The notes: generated by a model from the sequence alone, not told the origin. Shown: positions 26,501-39,177, numbered from the stretch's first letter. The stretch is DNA of 64,000 bases from Nemertoderma westbladi (GCA_032718475.1 JAUCBJ010007844.1:1-64000); one strand, 5' to 3'. Numbers and translations: made by a program.

Positions 26501-29500
26501 GAAGTTAGAACCAGTACTCCTTTATGGAGTCCATCATACAGTAATTAGAACCAGTACTCCTCAATCAGCAGTTAGAACCAGTACTCCTTTATGGAGTCCA
26601 TCAATCAGAAGTTAGAACCAGTACTCCTATATGGAGTCCATCATACAGCAGTTAGAACCAGTACTCCTATATGGAGTCCATTATACAGCAGTTAGAATCA
26701 GTACTCCTATATGGAGTTCATCAATCAGCAGTTAGAACCAGTACTCCTATATGGAGTCTATCAATCAGAAGTTAGAACCAGTACTCCTTTATGGAGTCCA
26801 TCATACAGTAATTAGAACCAGTACTCCTCAATCAGCAGTTAGAACCAGTACTCCTTTATGGAGTCCATCAATCAGAAGTTAGAACCAGTACTCCTATATG
26901 GAGTCCATCAATCAGAAGTTAGAACCAGTACTCCTATATGGAGTCCATCAATCAGAATCAGAAGTTAGAACCAGTACTCCTATATGGAGTCCATCATACA
27001 GCAGCAGTTAGAACAAGTACTCCTATATGGAGTCCATCATACAGCAGTTAGAACCAGTACTCCTATATGGAGTCCATCATACAGCAGTTAGAACCAGTAC
27101 TCCTATATGGAGTCCATCATACAGCAGTTAGAACCAGTACTCCTATATGGAGTCCATCATACAGCAGTTAGAACCAGTACTCCTATATGGAGTCCATCAT
27201 ACAGCAGTTAGAACCAGTACTCCTATATGGAGTCCATCATACGGCAGTTAGAACCAGTACTCCTATATGGAGTCCATCATACAGCAGTTAGAACCAGTAC
27301 TCCTATATGGAGTCCATCATACAGCAGTTAGAACTCCTATATGGAGTCCATCATACAGCAGTTAGAACCAGTACTCCTATATGGAGTCCATCATACAGCA
27401 GTTAGACCCAGTACACCTATATGGAGTCCATCAATCATAAGTTAGAACCAGTACTCCTATATGGAGTCCATTAAACGGCAGTTAGAACCAGTACTCCTAT
27501 ATGGAGTCCATCATACAGCAGTTAGAACCAGTACTCCTATATGGAGCATCAATCAGCAGATAGAACCAGGAACCAGTACTCCTATATGGATTCCATCATA
27601 CAGCAGTTAGAACCAGTACTCCTATATGGAGTCCATCAATCAGAAGTTAGAACCAGTACTCCTATATGGATTCCATCAATCAGCAGTTAGAACCAGTACT
27701 CCTATATGGAGTCCATCATACAGCAGTTAGAACCAGTACTCCTATATGGAGTCCATCATACGGCAGTTAGAACCAGTACTCCTATATGGAGTCCATCATA
27801 CAGCAGTTAGAACCAGTACTCCTATATGGAGTCCATCATACAGCAGTTAGAACCAGTACTCCTATATGGAGTCCATCATACAGCAGTTAGAACTCCTATA
27901 TGGAGTCCATCATATAGCAGTTAGAACCAGTACTCCTATATGGAGTCCATCATACAGCAGTTAGACCCAGTACACCTATATGGAGTCCATCAATCATAAG
28001 TTAGAACCAGTACTCCTATATGGAGTCCATCATACAGCAGTTAGAACCAGTACTCCTATATGGAGTCCATCATACAGCAGTTAGAACCAGTACTCCTATA
28101 TGGAGTCCATCATACAGCAGTTAGAACCAGTACTCCTATATGGAGTCCATCATACAGCAGTTAGAATCAGTACTCCTATATGGAGTCCATCATACAGCAG
28201 TTAGAACCAGTACTCCTATATGGAGTCCATCATACAGCAGTTAGAACCAGTACTCCTATATGGAGTCCATCATACAGCAGTTAGAACCAGTACTCCTATA
28301 TGGAGTCCATCATACAGCCTATATGGAGTCCATCAATCAGAAGTTAGAACCAGTACTCCTATATGGATTCCATCAATCAGCAGTTAGAACCAGTACTCCT
28401 ATATGGAGTCCATCATACAGCAGTTAGAACCAGTACTCCTATATGGAGTCCATCATACAGCAGTTAGAACCAGTACTCCTATATGGAGTCCATCATACGG
28501 CAGTTAGAACCAGTACTCCTATATGGAGTCCATCATACAGCAGTTAGAACACCTATATGGAGTCCATCATACAGCAGTTAGAACCAGTACTCCTATATGG
28601 AGTCCATCATACAGCAGCTAGACCCAGTACACCTATATGGAGTCCATCAATCATAAGTTAGAACCAGTACTCCTATATGGAGTCCATCATACAGCAGTTA
28701 GAACCAGTACTCCTATATGGAGTCCATCATACAGCAGTTAGAACCAGTACTCCTATATGGAGTCCATCATACAGCAGTTAGAACCAGTACTCCTATATGG
28801 AGTCCATCATACAGCAGTTAGAATCAGTACTCCTATATGGAGTCCATCATACAGCAGTTAGAACCAGTACTCCTATATGGAGTCCATCATACAGCAGTTA
28901 GAATCAGTACTCCTATATGGAGTCCATCATACAGCAGTTAGAACCAGTACTCTTATATGGAGTCCATCATACAGCAGTTAGAACCAGTACTCCTATATGG
29001 AGTCCATCATACAGCAGTTAGAACCAGTACTCCTATATGGAGTCCATCATACAGCAGTTAGAATCAGTACTCCTATATGGAGTCCATCATACAGCAGTTA
29101 GAACCAGTACTCTTATATGGAGTCCATCATACAGCAGTTAGAACCAGTACTCCTATATGGAGTCCATCATACAGCAGTTAGAACCAGTACTCCTATATGG
29201 AGTCCATCATACAGCCTATATGGAGTCCATCAATCAGAAGTTAGAACCAGTACTCCTATATGGAGTCCATCAATCAGAATCAGAAGTTAGAACCAGTACT
29301 CCTATATGGAGTCCATCATACAGCAGTTAGAACCAGTACTCCTATATGGAGTCCATCAATCATAAGTTAGAACCAGTACTCCTATATGGAGTCCATCATA
29401 CAGCAGTTAGAACCAGTACTCATATATGGAGTCCATCATACAGAAGTTAGAACCAGTACTCCTATATGGAGTCCATCATACAAAAGTTAGAACCAGTACT

Positions 29501-32500
29501 CCTATATGGAGTCCATCATACAGCAGTTAGAATCAGTACTCCTATATGGAGTCCATCATACAAAAGTTAGAACCAGTACTCCTATATGGAGTCCATCAAT
29601 CATAAGTTAGAACCAGTACTCCTATATGGAGTCCATCAATCATAAGTTAGAACCAGTACTCCTATATGGAGTCCATCATACAGCAGTTAGAACCAGTACT
29701 CCTATATGGAGTCCATCATACAGAAGTTAGAACCAGTACTCCTATATGGAGTCCATCATACAGCAGTTAGAACCAGTACTCCTATATGGAGTCCATCAAT
29801 CAGAAGTTAGAACCAGTACTCCTATATGGAGTCCATCATACAGCAGTTAGAACCAGTACTCCTATATGGAGTCCATCATACAGCTGTTAGAACCAGTACT
29901 CCTATATGGATTCCATCATACAGCAGTTAGAACCAGTACTCCTATATGGAGTCCATCATACAGCAGTTAGAACCAGTACTCCTATATGGAGTCCATCATA
30001 CAGAAGTTAGAACTAGTACTCCTATATGGAGTCCATCATACAGCAGTTAGAACCAGTACTCCTATATGGAGTCTATCATACAGCAGTTAGAACCAGTACT
30101 CCTATATGGAGTCCATCAATCATAAGTTAGAACCAGTACTCCTATATGGAGTCCATCATACAGCAGTTAGAACCTATATGGAGTCCATCATACAGCTGTT
30201 AGAACCAGTACTCCTATATGGAGTCCATCATACAGCTGTTAGAACCAGTACTCCTATATGGAGTCCATCATACAGCAGTTAGAACCAGTACTCCTATATG
30301 GAGCATCAATCAGCAGATAGAACCAGGAACCAGTATACCTATATGGATTCCATCATACAGCAGTTAGAATCAGTACTCCTATATGGAGTCCATCATACAA
30401 CTCCTATATGGAGTCCATCACACAGCAGTTAGAATCAGTACTCCTATATGGTGTCCATCATACAGCAGTTAGAACCAGTACTCCTATATGGAGTCCATCA
30501 TGCAGCAGTTAGAACCAGTACTCCTATATGGAGTTCATCAATCAGCAGTTAGAACCAGTACTCCTATATGGAGTCTATCAATCAGAAGTTAGAACCAGTT
30601 CTCCTTTATGGAGTCCATCATACAGTAATTAGAACCAGTACTCCTCAATCAGCAGTTAGAACCAGTACTCCTTTATGGAGTCCATCAATCAGAAGTTAGA
30701 ACCAGTACTCCTATATGGAGTCCATCATACAGCAGTTAGAACCAGTACTCCTATATGGAGTCCATCATACAAAAGTTAGAACCAGTACTCCTATATGGAG
30801 TCCATCATACAGCAGTTAGAATCAGTACTCCTATATGGAGTTCATCAATCAGCAGTTAGAACCAGTACTCCTATATGGAGTCTATCAATCAGAAGTTAGA
30901 ACCAGTACTCCTTTATGGAGTCCATCATACAGTAATTAGAACCAGTACTCCTCAATCAGCAGTTAGAACCAGTACTCCTCAATCAGCAGTTAGAACCAGT
31001 ACTCCTTTATGGAGTCCATCAATCAGAAGTTAGAACCAGTACTCCTATATGGAGTCCATCATACAGCAGTTAGAACCAGTACTCCTATATGGAGTCCATC
31101 ATACAGCAGTTAGAATCAGTACTCCTATATGGAGTTCATCAATCAGCAGTTAGAACCAGTACTCCTATATGGAGTCTATCAATCGGAAGTTAGAACCAGT
31201 ACTCCTTTATGGAGTCCATCATACAGTAATTAGAACCAGTACTCCTCAATCAGCAGTTAGAACCAGTACTCCTTTATGGAGTCCATCAATCAGAAGTTAG
31301 AACCAGGAACCAGTACTCCTATATGGAGTCCATCATACAGCAGTTAGAACCAGTACTCCTATATGGAGTCCCATCATACAGCAGTTAGAACCAGTACTCC
31401 TATATGGAGCATCAATCAGCAGATAGAACCAGGAACCAGTACTCCTATATGGATTCCATCATACAGCAGTTAGAACCAGTACTCCTATATGGAGTCCATC
31501 AATCATAAGTTAGAACCAGTACTCCTATATGGAGTCCATCAATCATAAGTTAGAACCAGTACTCCTATATGGAGTCCATCATACAGCAGTTAGAACCAGT
31601 ACTCCTATATGGAGTCCATCATACAGAAGTTAGAACCAGTACTCCTATATGGAGTCCATCATACAGCAGTTAGAACCAGTACTCCTATATGGAGTCCATC
31701 AATCAGAAGTTAGAACCAGTACTCCTATATGGAGTCCATCATACAGCAGTTAGAACCAGTACTCCTATATGGAGTCCATCATACAGCTGTTAGAACCAGT
31801 ACTCCTATATGGATTCCATCATACAGCAGTTAGAACCAGTACTCCTATATGGAGTCCATCATACAGCTGTTAGAACCAGTACTCCTATATGGATTCCATC
31901 ATACAGCAGTTAGAACCAGTACTCCTATATGGAGTCCATCATACAGCTGTTAGAACCAGTACTCCTATATGGATTCCATCATACAGCAGTTAGAACCAGT
32001 ACTCCTATATGGAGTCCATCATACAGCAGTTAGAACCAGTACTCCTATATGGAGTCTATCATACAGCAGTTAGAACCAGTACTCCTATATGGAGTCCATC
32101 AATCATAAGTTAGAACCAGTACTCCTATATGGAGTCCATCATACAGCAGTTAGAACCTATATGGAGTCCATCATACAGCTGTTAGAACCAGTACTCCTAT
32201 ATGGAGTCCATCATACAGCTGTTAGAACCAGTACTCCTATATGGAGTCCATCATACAGCAGTTAGAACCAGTACTCCTATATGGAGCATCAATCAGCAGA
32301 TAGAACCAGGAACCAGTATTCCTATATGGATTCCATCATACAGCAGTTAGAATCAGTACTCCTATATGGAGTCCATCATACAACTCCTATATGGAGTCCA
32401 TCATACAGCAGTTAGAATCAGTACTCCTATATGGAGTCCATCATACAGCAGTTAGAACCAGTACTCCTATATGGAGTCCATCATGCAGCAGTTAGAACCA

Positions 32501-33691
32501 GTACTCCTATATGGAGTCCATCATACAGCAGTTAGAACCAGTACTCCTATATGGAGTCCATCATACAGCAGTTAGAATCAGTACTCCTATATGGAGTTCA
32601 TCAATCAGCAGTTAGAACCAGTACTCCTATATGGAGTCTATCAATCAGAAGTTAGAACCAGTTCTCCTTTATGGAGTCCATCATACAGTAATTAGAACCA
32701 GTACTCCTCAATCAGCAGTTAGAACCAGTACTCCTTTATGGAGTCCATCAATCAGAAGTTAGAACCAGTACTCCTATATGGAGTCCATCAATCAGAAGTT
32801 AGAACCAGTACTCCTATATGGAGTCCATCATTCAGAAGTTAGAACCAGTACTCCTATATGGAGTCCATCATACAGCAGTTAGAACCAGTACTCCTATATG
32901 GAGTCCATCAATCAGAATCAGAAGTTAGAACCAGTACTCCTATATGGAGTCCATCATACAGCAGTTAGAACAAGTACTCCTATATGGAGTCCATCATACA
33001 GCAGTTAGAACCAGTACTCCTATATGGAGTCCATCATACAGCAGTTAGAACCAGTACTCCTATATGGAGTCCCATCATACAGCAGTTAGAACCAGTACTC
33101 CTATATGGAGCATCAATCAGCAGATAGAACCAGGAACCAGTACTCCTATATGGATTCCATCATACAGCAGTTAGAACCAGTACTCCTATATGGAGTCCAT
33201 CAATCAGAAGTTAGAACCAGTACTCCTATATGGATTCCATCAATCAGCAGTTAGAACCAGTACTCCTATATGGAGTCCATCATACAGCAGTTAGAACCAG
33301 TACTCCTATATGGAGTCCATCATACAGCAGTTAGAACCAGTACTCCTATATGGAGTCCATCATACAGCAGTTAGACCCAGTACTCCTATATGGAGTCCAT
33401 CAATCATAAGTTAGAACCAGTACTCCTATATGGAGTCCATCATACAGCAGTTAGAACCAGTACTCCTATATGGAGTCCATCATACAGCAGTTAGAACCAG
33501 TACTCCTATATGGAGTCCATCATACAGCAGTTAGAACCAGTACTCCTATATGGAGTCCATCATACAGCAGTTAGAATCAGTACTCCTATATGGAGTCCAT
33601 CATACAGCAGTTAGAACCAGTACTCCTATATGGAGTCCATCATACAGCAGTTAGAACCAGTACTCCTATATGGAGTCCATCATACAGCAGT
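20556..33691 (+). repeat. Satellite array, 40-bp monomer (ATATGGAGTCCATCATACAGCAGTTAGAACCAGTACTCCT)
   Basis: 40-bp phase is visible in the line columns. Recurrent variants: CAATCAGAAG, CAATCATAAG, GAATCAG, GATAGAACCAGGAACC and truncated monomers. Confidence 0.97.
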
Positions 33692-33706
33692 CAGTCACAG
33701 TCAATG

Positions 33707-33722
33707 GAGCTCGAACGAGCTC
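33707..33722 (-). promoter_or_regulatory. 3'-terminal stem-loop of the LINE (GAGCTCG-AA-CGAGCTC)
   Basis: Perfect 7-bp inverted repeat ~15 bp from the 3' junction. L2/CR1-group LINEs are known to use a 3' stem-loop plus short-repeat tail for RT recognition; the function here is inferred. Confidence 0.6.
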
Positions 33723-34015
33723 GTGTATTATTCGCATAGATGGGATACCACAATATTTAATTATAAAATCATTGCACCAGTGAACGTTTGTTTGTAATTT
33801 TTGTTTTGTTCTGATGTAATATGGTTTTAGGGGGTGCGTTATTCGTTTTATGTTCTGTTCAAAAAAAAAAAAAAGGAGAGAAAGCAGTAGCATAGCTAGT
33901 TTTGCCTCTTACCTTCTTTTTCTCAGAGAATCGTGATGTGGTACACCGGTTGGGTTATTATGGTGATGTCGGCCAGTGATCCTGAGTATATTCTGCGATG
34001 CCATATATCAGTGCA

Positions 34016-34150
34016 ATTTTTCTAATAATAGTAACTTTATTTTAATGTGCCGAAATTTCAGTTTTAAATTTTATTTTAAGTTTATTTTTCTAATAATAGT
34101 AACTGTATTGTATTGTGCCGAAATTGCAATTTTAATTTTATTTTAAATTT
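34016..34150. repeat. ~68-bp tandem duplication in the LINE 3' UTR
   Basis: Two diverged copies of ATTTTTCTAATAATAGTAACT...GTGCCGAAATT...TTTTATTTTAA. Confidence 0.8.
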
Positions 34151-34319
34151 CGTTTACGTTTTAAAAAAATAAGAAAAAAAATGTTAGTTCATATATTATT
34201 TAGTCATGATGCAAATAGCGTTGACGATGACGATGGAGTGATAGCATTACGAAGTTACGAAATTTAGGATAATTTTTATTTATTTTATAATTTAATAGTG
34301 ATACGCAACTATATTGGAA

Positions 34320-37300
34320 TTAAAGTTCACTTAACATATGAAGTTTTAATTTTCTAGCTAGTGTGTTTTTTGATTTGCACATTTTAAATTCTGTTTTTAG
34401 TGAGTTCCATATGATTGCACCGCTGTATTTTAGAGAGTTTTGGGTTGATATTAGTCTGGTACGTGGAATAAAGTAGTTTTTGGATGTAGTGGATCGAGTT
34501 GTATAATTGTGGATAACTGAAGTTTGTGTAAATAGGGCCGTTATAAATTGCTTTTTTTTGTTATTGTAAATGTCCCACATAAGTTTTGTTACTTCTAGGT
34601 TATATAGATTTTCGATTGGCAAGATATTAAGGTATTTATAGATCGGAATGGAATGAGCTTGGAAGTGGTTGAAGGTTATTGCTCGTATTATTTTATTTAT
34701 TTTGACACGGATTGGATTTATATATTTGTTATAAGCACTTCCCCACAATATTATACCATATAATATATAAGGATGGATTAGCGAGAAATATAACATTTTT
34801 AATACTTTTAGTGGTAGTATGTGTCTAATTTTATAAAATATACCGCATGATTTAGAGATTTTTTTTAGGACGTAAGCACAATGGTTTTTCCAGGTCAATT
34901 TATTATCTATCCAGATGCCTAAAAATTTTGTTTCAGTTTTGATGTTTATATTTGCATTATTGATCTTGATAGTGTCTGAGGGGGGATTCTTTAATTTATT
35001 TGAGAAAATGAGATATTCTGTTTTTTTTAGATTTAATGATAGTCTGTTGTCTTTTAGCCATTCGTCTAGTTTCTGTAGTTCGTCATTGATAGTGGAAATT
35101 AACGTATTTGGGTTTCTGTGTGTGTATAAGAGGTTTGTGTCGTCAGCGAACAGTGTAGTAATAAGAGACGTGCAGTTTGGTAAGTCGTTTATATAGAGTA
35201 AGAAGAGGGTACTGCTTAGAATAGCACCTTGGGGTGTACCACAGGTGGGAGTTAGCGGATCAGAGTTTATATTATTTAGTACAACAGTTTGTGTTCTGTC
35301 AGAAAGAAAGCTGGATAGAAGTTTGTGGGGAAGGCCTCGTATTCCATATTGGTCTAGTTTTTTGAGAAGTATGTCATGGTTTAGAGTGTCAAAGGCCTTC
35401 CTTAAGTCGATAGATATTAGGCAGCATGAGTCCTGTGAGTCTAGAGTTTCTCGAAGTCGTTCAGTCACCGTTAGTAGAGCATCAGTAGTTGTTGATTTTT
35501 TTCTAAAGCCGTGTTGTGCATCTGTCAGTATTGAGTATTTATCTAAGTAGCTTAGTAGTTGAGTATTTATTATACGTTCGAAAATTTTACTAAATAAGGG
35601 TAGTACGGAAATCGGTCGATAATTGTTTCTATCTGTTGGGTCGCCTGATTTGAATACTGCAGTAATTTTTGCGTTTTTTAATATTTTAGGAAAGAACCCG
35701 TTTTTTATTGATATGTTAATTAAATGTGTTAAATGTGGGGCTAGGTCGTATGCTATGATTTTTAATATTTTAGTTGGAAAAGGGTCGTTTGTGGAGCAAT
35801 TGTTGTCTAAGTCTAGTATGTTATATATTACTTCAATATTTGTGGTTTCTGATAAATGGAAGGAGTTTGATTTGCGATGGCTAATATAACGTATTGGATT
35901 TCTATTAGTTTTTGGAATTTGTTCTGCTAATTGGGGACCAATATTTGCAAAGTGCTCATTGAGGTTGTTGGCTATAGATTTTGTATCCGTTATTGTTATT
36001 TTTTGGCCTGTTATAGTTGATGTTATTATTTTTTTTGGAGAATTTAATTGTTTGGATCTATTTAGTGCACTATTTATAGTTTGCCAAGTTTTTTTTGTGT
36101 TGTGCTTGTTTTTTTCAAATTCCCTTTCGAAGTATTTTTTTTGTGCTTTTCTCAGAGTATTTGTAAGTATGTTTCTATATTTTTTATAATGTTGTTCTTT
36201 TTCTGGAGTTGGGTGAGACATAAGCGATGCGTATAGTCTATTTTTCATTATAGTAGACTGTACAAGAGAAGGGGTCATCCATGTTTTTTTTGGTATCTCT
36301 CGGGGTTTTAATAACTTTTTTTGTAGATGTTTGTTTGTAATTTTCTCAAGGTCTTTGTAAAATATTTCAAATTTCTTATCTAATTGAATTGAGTCATCAT
36401 TGTACGTCCAATTCTGATTATTGCGTATGTCTAATATGAAATTGGTCGGGTTAAATTTTGAGTAGTCATATATGAATTTTTGTGTAGGAGGTGCGAAAAA
36501 ATGTGAGTATTTATGTACAATAACAAAGGTTGCTAAGTGGTCTGTGGTGCCGAGTTGTCCAGTAAAGACACCAGAGGATAGTATTTTGTCTGATATGTTA
36601 GTAGATATGTGGTCTAGTAAGGTTTTAGAGTATGGTGTAATTCTAGTAGGTTTGTCAATTAGTTGCTCGAGCCCATTAGATTCAAGAGTTTGTATATAGT
36701 TATTGGCTGAGTTTGAGCGTTTTAGTAAATCAATGTTGAAGTCACCAGTAAGTATTATGTCTGTTTGTTGTTGGTTAATTGTAGCTAGTACTGTATTTAG
36801 GTTGTCAATAAGGTTAGTAATGTTACATGTGTCAGGTCGGTAGATAGTGCCAATGAGAAGTTGCTTTTCAGAATGAGAGGAGTTTGGTATTCTAGAAATA
36901 GTTGCCCAAGTTGATTCACAGTCAGGTATTGTAAGGTCTTTCCGCTCAGTAACGTTAATCCCTTTCTTAGTGTATATCGCTGTACCCCCTCTGTTTTTCT
37001 TGCCAACAATCCGGTTCGTTAATAGAGGTTGAGAGTAGCCGTCAATCTGTAGGTAGTTCGTGTTGGTTTCGTCAGTTAGAAAAGTCTCAGTGAGTGTTAG
37101 TATGTCAAATGATTGAGTCAGAGTAGATAGGTAATCAGTTATTGAAGTAAAGTTTAGATTCAGGCTACGACAGTTTATATGAAAGATAGATAGCGTATCA
37201 CTTTTGGTAAAGGTATTATTAAATTTAATTTCATCGTAGTACTGGCAGTTTGATTTGTTGGAAGTAAGATTTATATCAGGATCAATACTTATAAATCTAT

Positions 37301-37586
37301 TATTTAATTCATTGAAATTTTCTGGCAATAAAATATCATCATCATCGTCATCGTCATTATTAGCTTTGTAAAAAATATCTTTATCGTCATTAGAAATAGT
37401 GGAAAATGGAAAAATGTTATGGAAACAAAAAATACAGTAAAAATCGGAATCAATTGAAATGTCAGCACATGTTCCACATTGGGTGTGGTAAGAACAGTTA
37501 CATATGGTACAAGAAATTATTTTTTCGTTTTTAAGGAATTTGGTAAAACAGAAATCGCAAGATATAGCCTGGCCACTGGATGGCAT
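34320..37586 (-). CDS. LINE ORF2p, 1088 aa: PHD finger + APE endonuclease + reverse transcriptase
   Basis: PHD C4HC3 (C10, C13, C26, C29, H34, C37, C51, C54). APE motifs HINCRSL, LTETFL, GGTAIY, GDFNIDL, LDHI, TDH. RT motifs YRPISVLP, DLRKAFD, GTPQGAILS, FADD, KFLGI. No RNase H or C-terminal CCHC knuckle is evident. Confidence 0.96.
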   Translation of the reverse strand: MPSSGQAISCDFCFTKFLKNEKIISCTICNCSYHTQCGTCADISIDSDFYCIFCFHNIFPFSTISNDDKDIFYKANNDDDDDDDILLPENFNELNNRFISIDPDINLTSNKSNCQYYDEIKFNNTFTKSDTLSIFHINCRSLNLNFTSITDYLSTLTQSFDILTLTETFLTDETNTNYLQIDGYSQPLLTNRIVGKKNRGGTAIYTKKGINVTERKDLTIPDCESTWATISRIPNSSHSEKQLLIGTIYRPDTCNITNLIDNLNTVLATINQQQTDIILTGDFNIDLLKRSNSANNYIQTLESNGLEQLIDKPTRITPYSKTLLDHISTNISDKILSSGVFTGQLGTTDHLATFVIVHKYSHFFAPPTQKFIYDYSKFNPTNFILDIRNNQNWTYNDDSIQLDKKFEIFYKDLEKITNKHLQKKLLKPREIPKKTWMTPSLVQSTIMKNRLYASLMSHPTPEKEQHYKKYRNILTNTLRKAQKKYFEREFEKNKHNTKKTWQTINSALNRSKQLNSPKKIITSTITGQKITITDTKSIANNLNEHFANIGPQLAEQIPKTNRNPIRYISHRKSNSFHLSETTNIEVIYNILDLDNNCSTNDPFPTKILKIIAYDLAPHLTHLINISIKNGFFPKILKNAKITAVFKSGDPTDRNNYRPISVLPLFSKIFERIINTQLLSYLDKYSILTDAQHGFRKKSTTTDALLTVTERLRETLDSQDSCCLISIDLRKAFDTLNHDILLKKLDQYGIRGLPHKLLSSFLSDRTQTVVLNNINSDPLTPTCGTPQGAILSSTLFLLYINDLPNCTSLITTLFADDTNLLYTHRNPNTLISTINDELQKLDEWLKDNRLSLNLKKTEYLIFSNKLKNPPSDTIKINNANINIKTETKFLGIWIDNKLTWKNHCAYVLKKISKSCGIFYKIRHILPLKVLKMLYFSLIHPYILYGIILWGSAYNKYINPIRVKINKIIRAITFNHFQAHSIPIYKYLNILPIENLYNLEVTKLMWDIYNNKKKQFITALFTQTSVIHNYTTRSTTSKNYFIPRTRLISTQNSLKYSGAIIWNSLKTEFKMCKSKNTLARKLKLHMLSEL

Positions 37587-38077
37587 CAGTGGTATAAATA
37601 TTTATAAATCAAAAAATGGAGGGACACAAATAAACGTTCAAGTTCAGTACTGTAGGTGAAGGCTGTGTGCAACTAGAGTTAAGCTACACCAAGCACAATC
37701 TCTGACAATGAGACCCATTAATGAGTAGACAAGACACAACAGTATATTCGGGTTTTGGTATGGAGCAGCCGTATAATGTTATAAGACTTAAAGTAACTTA
37801 GCTTAATTCAGGTAGTTGAGTTTCCGTATTAAACATGACCCAAATATAATGTTATATATATAACATTATTATATAATAATATATGCAAATATATTGTTAC
37901 CGTAATAAATAAAGCCGTCAAGTTACCGTATTAAACAATAAACATAGCGCAAAAAAAATATGTTTAACGTAATAAATATAGCTGTAATAAGTATAGCTAT
38001 TGAGATTACATAATGTATATAGGCAAAATAATTGATTATTATAGTAAGTATATTATCTTTTAGACATATAGTGAAGT

Positions 38078-38253
38078 GATATTACCTTCAGAACTACGTA
38101 ATTATTTCGCTTCCGATATCTTTTTAAAAAAATATATATGGATATTACTTTCAGAACTACGTAATTATCTCGCTTTCAATATCTTTAAAAAAGAATATAT
38201 GATAGTCTAGGGATGTCCTGGAATTTTTCAGAACTACGTAATTATCTCGCTTT
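38078..38253. repeat. ~63-bp tandem repeat (2 copies + partial third) in the LINE inter-ORF spacer
   Basis: Core TTCAGAACTACGTAATTATYTCGCTT at ~38087, ~38150 and ~38227. Confidence 0.85.
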
Positions 38254-38457
38254 ACATGTTATATTAAAACCTTAAACTGGTGAGGATATTCCTAAGTTCG
38301 TCGATTTCAATAAGGAACTAACTAATTTGATATATTCTTCGAAAATTATAGCATGAGTTCGGTACCGGTACCGGCCCGGTAGGGTAAACCTATATAAAAT
38401 CAATCATATGTTGTACAGTAAGTGAGCCAGTGAAGGCATGGCAACTTTTTAAATGTT

Positions 38458-39177
38458 TCAAACCTCATTGCAAAGTTTCGTGAGGTCTCCCATTGATAGT
38501 AAGCGGCGTATGGGGCTATCTTTACCGACCTTTATCATTATGTCTCCGTTGTAGGAATACGCAGAGTGGATACGATTTGTTTTCTTCAATTTTAGGGCAG
38601 CGTTTAGGATCTCGGCTCTGGGTTTAGTTAGGTGCTCGGAAATGAATATATCCTTGGGTAGTAGCGATCGGTTTCGGAGCGCGACAATACGTGTACTATG
38701 CCCAAAGAAACGGATTATAAGAGGGCGGATTCTACCTGGGGCCTGTTTGTTCCTAACGCCGAGACGATGAAATACATCTACTGAGTTTATATCGACCGAA
38801 ATAGTGGATAGTAAAGAGATCAGATTACGTCGTTCTTCGTCTGCGTTTCTCTGTTCAGGAATTCCACGTATTAGAATATTATGTCGACGTATGTATTGCT
38901 GTATTCCGTCTTGTTCGGATTCAAGCGCGATACGTCCTGTTGTTGTAAGGTTGTTGTCACTAATTATATCTTTAAGTTTTTTTACGTCCGTAGTGAGAGA
39001 CTCGTTGGTAGACATAGCGTTGTCTAGCGCATTTTCTAGGGTTTGTACCTTATTAGTAAGTGCAGCAATGAGTGCAGTTTCGGAGCTAACCTTTTTCAGA
39101 TCGCCCCGGATCTCGTTCAGTGCGGCGATTATTTGCGGACCGACATTATTCCACGTCCCGGTTGGTATCGTTGTCAT
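38458..39177 (-). CDS. LINE ORF1p, 239 aa: coiled coil + RRM-like/C-terminal domain (L1 ORF1/FP25K-like type)
   Basis: N-terminal heptad-rich segment (LTNKVQTLENALD...), then QYIRRHNILIRGIPE, HRLG, RPLIIRF, IFISEHLT, YSYNGDIMIK. Same strand as and upstream of ORF2; start context GACCATGA. Confidence 0.88.
   Translation of the reverse strand: MTTIPTGTWNNVGPQIIAALNEIRGDLKKVSSETALIAALTNKVQTLENALDNAMSTNESLTTDVKKLKDIISDNNLTTTGRIALESEQDGIQQYIRRHNILIRGIPEQRNADEERRNLISLLSTISVDINSVDVFHRLGVRNKQAPGRIRPLIIRFFGHSTRIVALRNRSLLPKDIFISEHLTKPRAEILNAALKLKKTNRIHSAYSYNGDIMIKVGKDSPIRRLLSMGDLTKLCNEV

Noticed and set aside
33666-33893. 75-aa minus-strand ORF
   Set aside because: Lies in the 3' UTR, spans a homopolymer and reads into the satellite.
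34915-37009. Several + strand ORFs and one alternate-frame ORF within ORF2
   Set aside because: Antisense or out-of-frame shadows of an A-rich coding strand, with non-ATG starts and no motifs.
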